Source: a virus | Strand: one strand, 5' to 3' | Length of the DNA: 64,000 nt | IMG/VR virus record: IMGVR_UViG_3300027021_000002 | Location: 3,572-67,571 of that record | Shown here: positions 52,529 to 63,673 of the stretch, piece after piece | How the letters are laid out: each line of letters starts with the position of its first letter | How positions within the stretch are numbered: the first letter of the stretch is position 1 | Notes under the pieces: model-generated | The model's input: the letters and a program-made list of their open reading frames with translations, nothing else | Databases searched by the model: none | Told to the model about the DNA's origin: nothing | Made by a program: the position numbers and the translations under genes

Positions 52529-52834
52529 ATGAGTTTAAAACCATGCCCCTGGTGTCAAGAATCGCCCATTATTCTTTTGTGTACCGAAGAGGGGGATATA
52601 AAAAGTGAATCGTATCTGGAAGATCCATATTCTGGGGTTGGATATGCCCTTTCTCACCCGGTTGATGATTGTCCTATTGGAACGCATCAGAATGAATTTC
52701 TTGGTACTACAATCTATGACGCTTACAAAGAAGCTGAAGACGCGTGGAATAAAGGAGTTTGTAGTCATACTGATGAAGAATGGGACGATCTTATGGAGCA
52801 ACAGTGGGAAGATATGATGGGTGAGGATTTATGA
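52529..52834 (+). CDS. Lar-family restriction alleviation-like protein
   Basis: 'LKPCPWC...EAEDAWN'. Confidence 0.65.
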   Translation: MSLKPCPWCQESPIILLCTEEGDIKSESYLEDPYSGVGYALSHPVDDCPIGTHQNEFLGTTIYDAYKEAEDAWNKGVCSHTDEEWDDLMEQQWEDMMGEDL

Positions 52835-53310
52835 CAGACAAAATCGATTATTACATGATATATCAACATGAGTGGAGAAAAATACCGGATGACGTAGGGG
52901 TAGAAGCTTATGCCCAAAAGCTTTTGCAAAATGACCCGTACAGTCAAGGAGTAGGATATCTGAAAATGCAATATGTCTTAGACGACGACGGTACAGGTAT
53001 TGGGTGTTTTTGTTATCTTGTGCATGACTTTCCTGGGCTGATACCACAGATCACATCGGAAAAAGCGAAAGAGATAAAGGCTTTAGTTAAGATAAATTAA
53101 AGAATTTAATAAAAGGTGGGGAAAATTATGGGACACGTTGACAACGCATTATTCCATACTGTAAAGGCCATAGAGGAATGTCAGGGTATAATGGATAGAA
53201 CTATGGCTACTGATTTCGACGAAGCCCAGGCTGTGTATGCGAGGTATCTAAGCCTGTGTGAGATTGCCCTACAGCTTCAGCTATGCATTCAAGATATTGG
53301 CCCGAAAGAG

Positions 53311-53355
53311 TTGACAAATTAGTCGAATAGGTAATATAATTACAGTAAGAGTTTA
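53311..53355 (+). promoter_or_regulatory. Sigma-A promoter with the shared downstream element
   Basis: TTGACA-18-TATAAT overlapping TAATT-ACAGTAAGA-GTTTA. Confidence 0.7.
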
Positions 53356-53874
53356 ATAATAGAAAGGAGAAATTATGAACAATACATTAAAAACGATTTT
53401 ATTTTCCTTGGTGTATTTTATTTATTGTATTGTGATTGGGTTTTTAATTTCGGGTGGCATTCTTTATATACTTGGCATATTTCAAATTATCGTAACAGGA
53501 TTCTTCTTTGGGTGGTTGATTGGTATTGCTGCTGGTATTTTTGTAGTTGTTACTGGTAATTTGCTTATTTTAAAGCACATGTATTGAAATGCAAGATTTA
53601 ATAAAGAGGTAGAGATGAGAACAGATACTCCGATTACACAAGAGTATGTTAAAGAATTAAATAAATTATTGGATGACGCCCTGGTACAATGCGGACATAA
53701 GATTATTATGAAGTGGAATGAAAATCCGATTAAAATTGTTCCATGGAAGTATATTTACATGAAGCCAAAATTTATCCCTACAATATGTCAGGTATATGTG
53801 GAAAATGATCCAAGATTAACAAAATGGAAGAAAATAAAAAGATGGGTGCAAAAGATGTGGAGGAGGATGAAATT

Positions 53875-54090
53875 ATGAGCAAAGTGCCAAGGTGTCCGGT
53901 GTGTGGAGATAAGATAAAAATATACGAAATGGAAGAGGGTGGCTGCTTTGACGGGTATAATCCTGGCTGTATAAAATGTGATTATATGTTAGAAGTATTT
54001 TCTTTGACAAGATCAGAGGCTAAAAGCGAGTGGATAAAACATAATTTAAATGGTATTCAATTAGCAATTTATAAATCGATGATTAGATAA
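53875..54090 (+). CDS. Lar-like zinc-ribbon protein
   Basis: 'PRCPVCG...GCIKC...EAKSEW'; ATG 53875. Confidence 0.5.
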   Translation: MSKVPRCPVCGDKIKIYEMEEGGCFDGYNPGCIKCDYMLEVFSLTRSEAKSEWIKHNLNGIQLAIYKSMIR

Positions 54091-56308
54091 AATACTATTT
54101 TTAATAAAGGAAAGAGAAGATGAGCTGTAGGTATGAAGAAATAATAACCGAAATTGGAAGCGAGGCATACCCGGACGAAAACGGCGATCCGGTTCCTATG
54201 CCCGTCGAGATTCCTATCGGATCATATTGTCACCTGAAACAAGAATATAGCCCGGATTGTTCAAAGTGTGAGTTATGGAAGGAGGAGTCTTATCAATGAA
54301 ACGCAAAGACTTATTAGCTATTCCGAAAAGAGATAAAGAAGAAGTGCTACATGGAGTGGGATGTGTATATGTTATCCCGTCCCGCAGAAAACACGAGAGT
54401 GGCTATGCCTGTATGGATTTTGTGGCTGTGATCAGAGAAGATCAATCAATGATAGGGTTCGGCGGTGGTTGTGACGACATTTCGCTTAACGGAAATAAAT
54501 TCCGTATAGAGTGTGATTTTGAGTCAAAGTGTCTAAGTATTTGGAATAGTCATGGGACATTTACTGTATCAAAAGATCTGTCTTCGATTAAATTTATGGA
54601 GGAGAATTAACAATGTATTTAATTTTTATTTGTCGCAAATGCGGACACAACCTTTATGTAAAAGATACTCCTAACTTTCTAAAGAGGCTTGGCGAGATTG
54701 CAGTAATGGAATGTCCAAACTGTGGCGAAGAAGGTTATGAGAATTGGATATTAAGTAATGTGGCGCATAACTTTCCGGGAGAGGACTAGTTATGAGTAGC
54801 CTGAGTCTATGCAAATGCAGTGGTAAAGCAATACTGAAAGAGGGGTAATTAACAAAATGAAAGATGTAGATTATACGGCTATAAGTGGTACTGGCACCCT
54901 TGATCTTAGCAATATAAAGGGTACTGAATGTGAATTGCCAATACGCAAGTTATTGGATCTTGTTGATGATCTTGCATATATCGTGAAGAGATTAGCCGTA
55001 GCCTATGGGGTTACATTGGTCATTGCTATTGCGGCGTTTATTGCATTGTTAATTTGGTTATAGAAGGAGAATTGTAATGAAGTGTCCATATAGAACTATC
55101 GAAAACTATTACAAGAACGAAGATGTATATAGGACTAGCCAAGCAACGCTAAAAAGAGAACATCTAACACAAATAGTACCTTGTGTAAAAGAAGAAGCAC
55201 ATTTTGTTACAAATGATTTCGCTGACTGCTTACAAACTGAATGTGTCGCTTATCAAAACGGAGAATGTACACGGCTTAGATAAAAGCTGGATTTTAAGTA
55301 AAGGAGAAAGTTATGCATGACGTCAAAAAATATTTAGATAATTATGTGAGTAGTGATAATGATATTGATACAAGTCTTTACGCTCGATTGCTTGCATGGG
55401 AAATAAGCGAAGTATTTTCTTCTGATCGCTTGGTTGAACTCCTTGAGGCAGAAAAAGAAAATAGGATTTATATTAAGAAGACAAAATCAGACAACCCATT
55501 TTGGCAACAAAATCTTGATATGATGTTTGAATCGGGGCAAAATCTTTAATAAAAGTGCTAATTTAATAAAGGGGAGGAATTGTTTTGGGGCGATTAGAAT
55601 TGCGGTATTTTTTAGACGACGTTGAATGTAAAGAAGGTGATATTTTTTGTATTAATTTTTCTACACCCTACGGAGTCAGTTACGATGTGTGCACATTAAT
55701 TCATAAAGACGGAGTGTGGAAGTTTGCCGGAGAAGATGCGCTAGGTGAATTTAATTATAGGGCAGATGATGTTTGTATCCAAGATGTAAAAAGAGCTTAG
55801 ATGAAAGTGAGATTTTAAGTAAAGAAGGATAAGAAAATGAGCAGAAAATATATTGATGATTTAGGTGTTAAGTTTGAAGATACACCGCAGGGCTATAATA
55901 CGGACAGTAAAAAAGAAACAAGGTGGGGCAAATGGGAAGAAGAGCGTCAAACATATGGGTTTGATGAAAGAGAGACATGGTGTTTAGATTTAAACCTTGC
56001 TCTTTGGATGTATGAAAGATTGATGATGTATTTAGAAATAGCTTGGATAGATTTAGAATACCACACATTTGAATATAATGGAGAGACGTTAACGGAGCGA
56101 CAATGTATTGATAAAATGCTTGAGGGATTTAAGCTATTGATTTTAGATCATGGTGTTGTAATAGACGAAGAAAAATCAGCAAAAGTAGATGACGCTTTTA
56201 AGATATTAGGTATTTGTCATCATGCTTTATGGTGGTAAATAAAACAGACAATTCATCAAAGTGTTATTTGACTTGAATGCGGACAAAAATTAATAAGGAA
56301 GGAGAACA

Positions 56309-56503
56309 ATGCGAGTAAAGAGTTGTGTGAAAGATGAGATGGAGAGAGTGGGTCTGAATATAAGAAGCCTGACAGCCAGGACTACATCGGCAGAAAGCAC
56401 GGTGGGTAACGTGGTTCGCGGTACTTATCAGCCTAGCTTACCGCTTGCGTTAGAGATATCATACGCATTAGGAAAATCCGTAAATGATTTGTTCCAACTG
56501 TAA
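56309..56503 (+). CDS. XRE-family HTH regulator
   Basis: 'NIRSLTARTTSAESTVGNVVRGTYQPSLPLALEISYALG..V.DLF'. Confidence 0.8.
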   Translation: MRVKSCVKDEMERVGLNIRSLTARTTSAESTVGNVVRGTYQPSLPLALEISYALGKSVNDLFQL

Positions 56504-56537
56504 AATAAAAATATTTCGGGAAATAATTAAATTTTTC

Positions 56538-56566
56538 TTGACATTGAATAATACTTCCATTATAAT
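56538..56566 (+). promoter_or_regulatory. Consensus sigma-A promoter of the repressor operon
   Basis: Perfect TTGACA-17-TATAAT; RBS AAGGAGGTG before TTG 56591. Confidence 0.9.
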
Positions 56567-56590
56567 AAAATAGCTAAAGGAGGTGTTGCG

Positions 56591-57841
56591 TTGAAACGGG
56601 ATCGAGGTCAATTAGAAAATATCATACTTGCGTGTTGGCAAGAAAACGAAAAAAATCGCGTCGGACATGATGCGCTTAGAAGTTATCTCTGGGATAAGTT
56701 CAAAATAGAGCCTGGGCATATATCTTCGCTAATTTCTGGTGCCAAGCGTATTGAGGGCGTGAGTGATCAATACTTGTGTGCGCTGGCGATGGCAACATAT
56801 GAGGTGTTTGGCTGTCAGGGAAGCAATCCGAAAGAATTCTTTACTGATGCGGAACTACAAAAAGTAAAGGAGACATCTTTTGAACCAACAAATTCATTAA
56901 ATGGAGATCTTAAGTTTGATGACGTTTCTTATGTTTGCAATGATCATTATTTTACTACCATATCGTCTCAATATTTAAGAGCCTTATTAGATGAGGGAAG
57001 ATTAATTTATCGTCCAGAAACTCAGCGAGGAACTATTACAAAACGCCAAGGTGACGCGATTATTCAAAAGGTGAGAATAAATCGTAATAATGTTACTGAG
57101 ATCGCTAATGATATCGAAGAAAATAAATATGAGCCAACTACTCTAACCATGAATGTGGTTAAGGGGAGTGGCGAGATGGTTTATGACGCTCGTAGCAGAA
57201 CTTTGATTGTTAGCAAGGGAGCAGAGTGTAATTTGATTGATGGGTTGCATCGCACATATGGTGTTATTCAGGCCATGATAGAGAATCCTGAAATCAAGCA
57301 GCCGTGGGAGTTTAGAATAGTTAATTGGTCAATTGAAAAGGCTAAGGCTTTTATTTTCCAGGAGGATCATAAGACGCCTCTTACCAAAGAAGTGCGCGTT
57401 TCGATGGATCAGCATGACCTTTCAACACAAATTGTAAGTATGCTTAATCAGGAAATGCATAATGAGATGCAGGGGCGAATCGCAACTGACATTCGTAGCA
57501 TAACTAAAGGGAAAGCCTATACGCTTTTCAGTATGATGGTGGATTCTGTTCGCAAGTTTTTGAAACCTCAATATCAAAAAGATGTTGAATCTATGACTAA
57601 AAGGCTTATTAGCTTTTATAACGCTCTGATTCCTATTATTAATAACAAAGACGACCTAATGAAGTATTATCTGTTTTATGGGTATACACAATTGGCATCG
57701 ATTCTTCCATCTTTAGATAATCTTGAAGAAGTGATAATAGCATTGGATCACAACCCAATTGAGAATTATGGTCAAAAGACATCTTTGGCTACTAAACATA
57801 AAAAGACCATAGAGAGGTGGATTAACAATGCCGTGGTATAA
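56591..57841 (+). CDS. DGQHR/DndB(ParB-like)-domain protein, SPbeta YopQ/SroE-like
   Basis: 'QRG', 'PTTLTMN', 'LIDGLHR', 'FIFQED' ParB/DndB-type motifs; directly upstream of a YopR-like gene as in SPbeta-like phages. Confidence 0.7.
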   Translation: MKRDRGQLENIILACWQENEKNRVGHDALRSYLWDKFKIEPGHISSLISGAKRIEGVSDQYLCALAMATYEVFGCQGSNPKEFFTDAELQKVKETSFEPTNSLNGDLKFDDVSYVCNDHYFTTISSQYLRALLDEGRLIYRPETQRGTITKRQGDAIIQKVRINRNNVTEIANDIEENKYEPTTLTMNVVKGSGEMVYDARSRTLIVSKGAECNLIDGLHRTYGVIQAMIENPEIKQPWEFRIVNWSIEKAKAFIFQEDHKTPLTKEVRVSMDQHDLSTQIVSMLNQEMHNEMQGRIATDIRSITKGKAYTLFSMMVDSVRKFLKPQYQKDVESMTKRLISFYNALIPIINNKDDLMKYYLFYGYTQLASILPSLDNLEEVIIALDHNPIENYGQKTSLATKHKKTIERWINNAVV

Positions 57842-58778
57842 TGAAGATCGCAAGAGGAAGTTTTTAAAAAGCAGCGACTTTTCAAGTGCTCAGAAAAAGG
57901 CTTACAAATTTCTGTTCAAGGCTTGCTATCCCACAGAACAAGCTTTTGATTCAGACGTGTCCGAATTTAGTACAACCGAATTTGAGAGCTTACTAAGTAG
58001 TTTTTTATCCACGTCATTAGAAAGCCTGAAAATGCGCACTAGTCTTATTCGTAGTTATATTGACTTTTGCATTAATAATGGATATGCGGAAACAAAAGAA
58101 GGTGATCCGCTACATATTAATGTTGCCGATGCTTATGTCGCAGAAGTCCTGGAGAAATTTGTGAGACCGGACGCTGAGGAAAAAAGATTTTTAGTTGGCA
58201 GGGATTTGGATAAGTTTATTGAATTTTGTAATAACCCACAGGATGCAGTTATCATTCAGTTGCTCCGCGAAGGTATTCGTGGTAGAAAACTAGAAGAGCT
58301 TAGTAATCTTCGTAGACAAGATGTGAATTTTAGTGACAATATAGTAACTCTGCGCCATGAAGATGGTAATAAAAGAGTATTGTCTGTTAGCCCTAAAACC
58401 ATAGAGCTAATTCAGGACGCCATAAATCAAAAGAAATATTACTTTAAAAACGGAGAAGCGACAGGGTACCTGAAAGAAATCAACTTAGAAGAATCTGATT
58501 ATATACTTCGTCCTGCCCATCGTCATGATGCTGACAAGTTCTTAAACCAAATTGGAATTAGTCGTCGTATTAAGGCAATGGCGAAATTGTATGGCAACTC
58601 TTTTATTACCGCCCATACTTTATTTGTAAGCGGCCAAATTGAATATGGAAGAATGCTGAAGGAAAGGGATGGAATTGATGAGTTGTATAAGAAGCACTAT
58701 TTGGAGATCTGTGAACGCTTTGGTTTGGCACCTACACAGGCTAACGCTGTTAAGTATGCTATCCAAAAACATTTGTAA
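57828..58778 (+). CDS. Recombinase-fold repressor, SPbeta YopR (MrpR/SroF)-like
   Basis: N-terminus 'YNEDRKRKFL', 'NPQDAVIIQLLREGI', 'SFITAHTLFVSGQIEY', 'RFG'; lacks the HxxR arginine and a clear catalytic H/Y pair. Confidence 0.75.
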   Translation: MPWYNEDRKRKFLKSSDFSSAQKKAYKFLFKACYPTEQAFDSDVSEFSTTEFESLLSSFLSTSLESLKMRTSLIRSYIDFCINNGYAETKEGDPLHINVADAYVAEVLEKFVRPDAEEKRFLVGRDLDKFIEFCNNPQDAVIIQLLREGIRGRKLEELSNLRRQDVNFSDNIVTLRHEDGNKRVLSVSPKTIELIQDAINQKKYYFKNGEATGYLKEINLEESDYILRPAHRHDADKFLNQIGISRRIKAMAKLYGNSFITAHTLFVSGQIEYGRMLKERDGIDELYKKHYLEICERFGLAPTQANAVKYAIQKHL

Positions 58779-58860
58779 CTAATTCCTCCAATATTACCCA
58801 AACAGGAAAAATTTAATAATCACAGAGTTATTTTAATTGTGTGAAATTATGTGAAAACAG

Positions 58861-58910
58861 TGGACAACCTATGGGGATTGTATTAGAATATCAATACGAA
58901 CATATGTTCT
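58861..58910 (+). promoter_or_regulatory. Sigma-A promoter with LexA (Bacillota SOS/Cheo) box at the start site
   Basis: TGGACA-17-TAGAAT (58861-58889), then C-GAAC-ATAT-GTTC (58897-58909). Confidence 0.8.
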
Positions 58911-58952
58911 CCTTGTCGGAGAATCAAAATAAAATAGAAACGGGGTGTGACT

Positions 58953-59153
58953 ATGGCGAACGGCGTAGTCAACGTGGTCAGAACTTGGCACAGCATTAGT
59001 TACTTGCAGAGTAATGTAGACGAAGGGGGTGATCCGATTGATCAGATTGTAAAGGAAGGTAATGTAATTGGGAAGTATATTATATGTCCAGGTTTGTTCG
59101 GGAATAAGTTCTTTGTGTGGGATGGACAAGAATGTAGGTATATGCCGTTATAA
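58953..59153 (+). CDS. Small SOS-regulated protein, candidate antirepressor
   Basis: 66 aa, RBS GGGGTG, only gene between the SOS box and the next promoter; function inferred. Confidence 0.5.
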   Translation: MANGVVNVVRTWHSISYLQSNVDEGGDPIDQIVKEGNVIGKYIICPGLFGNKFFVWDGQECRYMPL

Positions 59154-59247
59154 TAAATATAAAAAAAGAGAGAGGGACTTTTATTGTTTATCATGTGTAA
59201 TATTGAAAAAATACTTATCGGGGGATTAAGGCTTGGGCGAATTGGGG

Positions 59248-59294
59248 TTGCAAAAAACAAATTCGTTTGATATAATAAACATAGTAAAAGTTAA
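59248..59294 (+). promoter_or_regulatory. Sigma-A promoter of second tRNA cluster with shared element
   Basis: TTGCAA-17-TATAAT, then AAACATAGTAAAAGTTAA. Confidence 0.8.
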
Positions 59295-59304
59295 ATAACT
59301 AAGC

Positions 59305-59388
59305 GTCGGAGTGATGGAATGGCAGACGTGGGGGACTTAAAATCCCCTGGAGAAATCCGTGTGGGTTCGACTCCCACCTCCGATACCA
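59305..59388 (+). tRNA. tRNA-Leu(UAA)
   Basis: Class II cloverleaf with variable arm, GGGGA-CTTAAAA-TCCCC, A73, CCA. Confidence 0.93.
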
Positions 59389-59463
59389 TGGGGCGTCGCC
59401 AAGCGGTAAGGCACAGGACTTTGACTCCTGCACGCGTAGGTTCGAATCCTACCGCCCCAGCCA
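59389..59463 (+). tRNA. tRNA-Gln(UUG)
   Basis: T1-A72, CAGGA-CTTTGAC-TCCTG, G73, CCA. Confidence 0.95.
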
Positions 59464-59475
59464 AAAGGAGAAAAC

Positions 59476-62400
59476 ATGTTAGGCAAACATGGTGTAAATA
59501 AGATCAAAGAAGAGTTGGTAAAGGCTATTGATGGCAAATTGTATGCCATATATGTGGCACAAGAAGGAATGCTTTTTATATTAGACTTAATGGAATCAGA
59601 CAGCTTTTACGATGTGTCGCACGCTGTGTCAGACGTTTTATTCCATGCTACGGATGTTGACTTTATGTACAACGTGTTAGAGAAAAATGATTGGTATCAA
59701 GATATTGTTACTTATTTTTCTATGGAAAAGATATATCAAAAATGAAATGGAATTTTTAATAAAGGGGAGTAATATGATGGACAAACCTGTTCAAGATGAT
59801 ATTATTGATACTATGATGAATGTGGGAGTTCCGGCTGAGAAGATTTTTAATATGATGCAATTAATGCGTAATTGCCCCGAAGCGTTCCCGAAGAGTTTTT
59901 CTAATAAGCAAGCTAGAGAATCATTTATGAGTGGGATTTGTGGAGATTATTATAAAAAATCATAGACAATAAGAAATTAATAATTATGCAGATAAATGTA
60001 TACAAACTAATGCATAAACATGCATAACAGAAAGGAGATTGAAAATGAAAAGATTAACCGAAATGAGTCGAGATGAATTATTAGATATGACGGATCAGCA
60101 GCGTGAGGAATTAGCGGATCTTGAGTGTGCATATGAGGGAATACCTCTTCTGCCAGAAAGACCACAAGAAGCGGAGATCAATTACCCCGAAAGAGATGTA
60201 ACTATTTATGCGGTAGACGGTCATAACTTTACCGATGACGAAGAGGCAATTGGATATTGTACTTTTGTAAATAATCTCACATCCTTAGTCAAGATTGATT
60301 ATGACTGGGGCTTAGGATCTGGCGACTTTAAATATGTAAGTCGTCAGGAGCCGCCCAAAAGAGAACTTGAGAAAAAGAGCGTGTATAGTAATGATGCATA
60401 TGCAGAGCTAAAGGCAGAACTAAAACGCACCAAGACACAAGAAGAAGTGTATAAAACAAAGGTTAGTGAATACAAAGATGCTCTGGGGAAACGCACTAAG
60501 GTATATGATAAGATCGATTCTGCGGTTCATGATGCATGGGAAGAGAAACGTCGTGAAGACATGCTAGTTCGGGCATATCAAAAGTACCTTACTTTAACCG
60601 AAGATAAGGATATTGCTATAAAGTTGTTAAGGGACGCTTATGATATTACAGAAGCGGAAGAGGCGGCTATTCTAGGGTTGTGTAATTAAAATTTGTTTTT
60701 CAATAAAGAAAGGAGAAAATATTATGTTTTTTGTTGTATTTGGTGTCGCTACTGTGTTATGTATCGCATTGGCTGTGTGGGCCGGAAATAGCCAGTGGTC
60801 ATATGAAAATGATTGTGAGGTATGGATACCATCTGTCGCCGCAACTCTTGCCGTAGGATTCTTTATTACTGTAATTGTTGGAATATTTACTTATACTGGG
60901 AACCTTACATACCCTGCAAAATTTGAGGCAAACAAAGCTGCCGTTGAATATGCGCTAGAAAAGGAGAGTGGCGACGAGACTAAACCAATGGATGGGATAG
61001 AGGACTTCTCCATAACAAAACATCTTATGGAGGTCGCTTCTAGTTGGAACCAAAGTCTCGCGCAAAAGCAATATTGGAACGAAACGTGGCTATGTGATTG
61101 TCTATACCCTGATGAAGTTATGGATCTTGAACCAATCCAGTAAAAGTCAAATAACGGGGCTATATGCCCCACATATGCGGGTGTGATGGAATTGGGATAC
61201 ATACTTGCCTTAGAAGCAAGGTTCTGGGAGTTCGACTCTCCCCACCCGTACCAAAATACCATATATAGTATAACAGACTTATAATACATACAATATATTG
61301 TATAATAACAGCAATAAAATACCCATTTTAAGTAAGGAGGAAATATGAAAGGTAAAGATTTAGACGTGTATTTAAAAGTTGCTAGGTTAGAGGGGGAAGT
61401 TCGTGCAATGAGACTCAAACGTCTACAAGACGAACTCAAAATCGATTTTGCTGGCATTGCAATAACGGACTTGAAAAATCGTGTTAAAACGTTAGAGTGG
61501 AATACAGTGGGAAAGATATGGGAGAAATGTAGCTGGGGGCGTATTGGCATACTATTGGGAGATATGGTTTACGAATATCAATATCCATATATTGATGACG
61601 ATTCTGCTTATGATATTGATAAAATTAAAGATATTAGACTTATTAAGTCTAACGTTGTGGAAATTATATATGACGACAAAAATAAAAGGGAATCTTCAAA
61701 ACAGTTCTTTGTTGATATGGAGCAAAAGAAGTTAATAGAAATAAAGTAATGAAAAGTGGATTTTAAGTAGGGAGTAATTTTATGACTATCCAAGAATTTA
61801 ATCAGCTACCTAAACAAGAACAAGAATATTGCCTTGAGTATATAGAAAAGTTTAATGACATTGTGGATTGGAATGCTATTTCTCCAGATACGGCAATAGA
61901 TGCCTTAAGAGTTATTGGTAGCATGTGCACTGTTGGAGGATTTGATTCTGAACGCCTCACGGCTTTACTAAAAGGCTTATATCCACGTTTAGTGGAATAT
62001 GCGCCAGATGAGTCGGTAAGAGGGACTATAGAGGATGCTATGCAATATTCCGTAGAGACAAAACGATTTGTAGATTTTTGGAATAAAGCATATCAAAGTA
62101 ATTAAAATTGTATTTTTAATAAAGGAGTAGAAATATGACAAAAGCAAAGAGAAAATTAGACCAGATTGTTCGCCAACTAGAAAGGATCGACGAGGCGTTA
62201 GTAACGGATTCGCGTCAGAATTATTGTCACGTTTGCAACCAAACACATCAAAATCTTTTACGAATGATTGACACAATATGCTGGAATGATGGTGACGAGT
62301 TATATGCTAATGGTCAAGGTAGGAGGCACTTTTATAGATATTTCTCAAACCTCAATAAACCGAAAGAGATACAAAATGCGTAACATACTCCCAGATCTTG

Positions 62401-63673
62401 AATCTGCATACAAGATACTCAATACCATTACGTCTATGTATAATCAAACGCTTGGTGCTATGCAGAATTGCGAAGAAGAAGAAAACGACATAAGACATGC
62501 CTTTGAGCTTTGTGATCTGAAGTATGAAGACCGGGCAAAATTAGCTACGAGGCAAAGTCTTGTCCTTAAAGAACGTCGTAAGTATAAAGATATGCTTAAT
62601 GTCATGGAGCCTCTTTATAAGCTTATGCAGGAACAGACCAGTATTGATTTTATGAAACGTATGTCTATTATACTGGGTGAAACACGTAAGGTCGAAAAGA
62701 AACGCGGGTATCGATGCTATAGAAATAGGACCAGTGTTGTTAAAGATGTTCTTAACCGAGACATCCAAACCAATACTGGGACGGAGGGGTAGGATGGATG
62801 GAGCAAAATTATTAAGAAAATACATTCAGGATAAAACTATGCATTATAACCACCTTCGTAATTTATATCTTAATAATCATAGACAAACTCCGTCAACACT
62901 ATATGAGGATGGTTATCTAGCTGGCATATGTCACGCCATAAAGGAAGTAAATAGAGACTTGATCAGAGATAATGAAGATGCAGAAGAAATAGTTAACCAT
63001 AAGATCGGTAGGGGTATCGGATGGTATAGAGTACCCAGTCTTTAATGAAAGTTAAATTTTAAGTAAGAGGTAGAAAAATGCAAGGGACATATGGATATGA
63101 TCACCGTGACAATATTCGCGTCGAAATACACAGAGTATTTGTAACAGAATCAGACGATTGCAAAGAATATAGTTTTTCTGCACAAATATATTTAAATGAA
63201 AATTTGGTTTTCGAAAAAGAAATTAATGAAAGATATAGCATACCCTTTTGGGACATGCGCGATAGTTTAATTGAAGGACTTGCTCGTGATATTGCTTTAG
63301 AACGATGGCTTACTGAAAATAGTTTAGAGCGTAGCAGAAAGACAAACATGCCAATACCACCAGAACCAAAAGTGGTTGTTGAGGATTTTAGTACGAGGGA
63401 GAATAAATGAAAATACAAGATGCGTTTCCACTCCTTGGAGAGACAAAGCTGCCGTGGTATCAAAGGCTATGGTTATTGATTATTCGCAAGACTCGTTTTG
63501 GGGTATCATACAGTCGCGGTACATCAAAGAGTTGCTTAGAAATAATGAATATGTTTGAGCGCCTAAAGCAAAGTGCCAAAACGAGCGAAGAAAGGCAGAT
63601 ATTAGAACAAATGCAAAAAGAATATGGTGAGACTATGCACGATCTAACAATGTCATTCTGGAACAGCTTTTAA
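59476..63673 (+). other. Further hypothetical ORFs separated by junction palindromes
   Basis: About 11 ORFs of 70-216 aa with RBSs; another ORF starting near 63706 runs off the window. Confidence 0.75.
61177..61252 (+). tRNA. Atypical tRNA-Leu(UAG) with short variable loop
   Basis: CTTGC-CTTAGAA-GCAAG anticodon arm, A73, CCA; 76 nt, no long variable arm, acceptor/T helix one pair short. Confidence 0.75.

Noticed and set aside
54000-56590. Arbitrium aimR/aimP upstream of the YopQ/YopR-like module
   Set aside because: No TPR-repeat receptor of about 380 aa and no signal-peptide ORF with a C-terminal mature peptide seen here; they could lie outside the window.
57828-58778. Second active integrase with a nearby att site
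   Set aside because: Catalytic HxxR and H/Y motifs are degenerate, the context matches a repressor module, and no phage-host junction is visible in the window.
59305-61252. tRNAs with TAA/TAG anticodon text as suppressors or a sign of stop-codon recoding
   Set aside because: Anticodons UAA and UAG read UUA and CUA (Leu). Long genes are uninterrupted in the standard code and all three stops are used normally.
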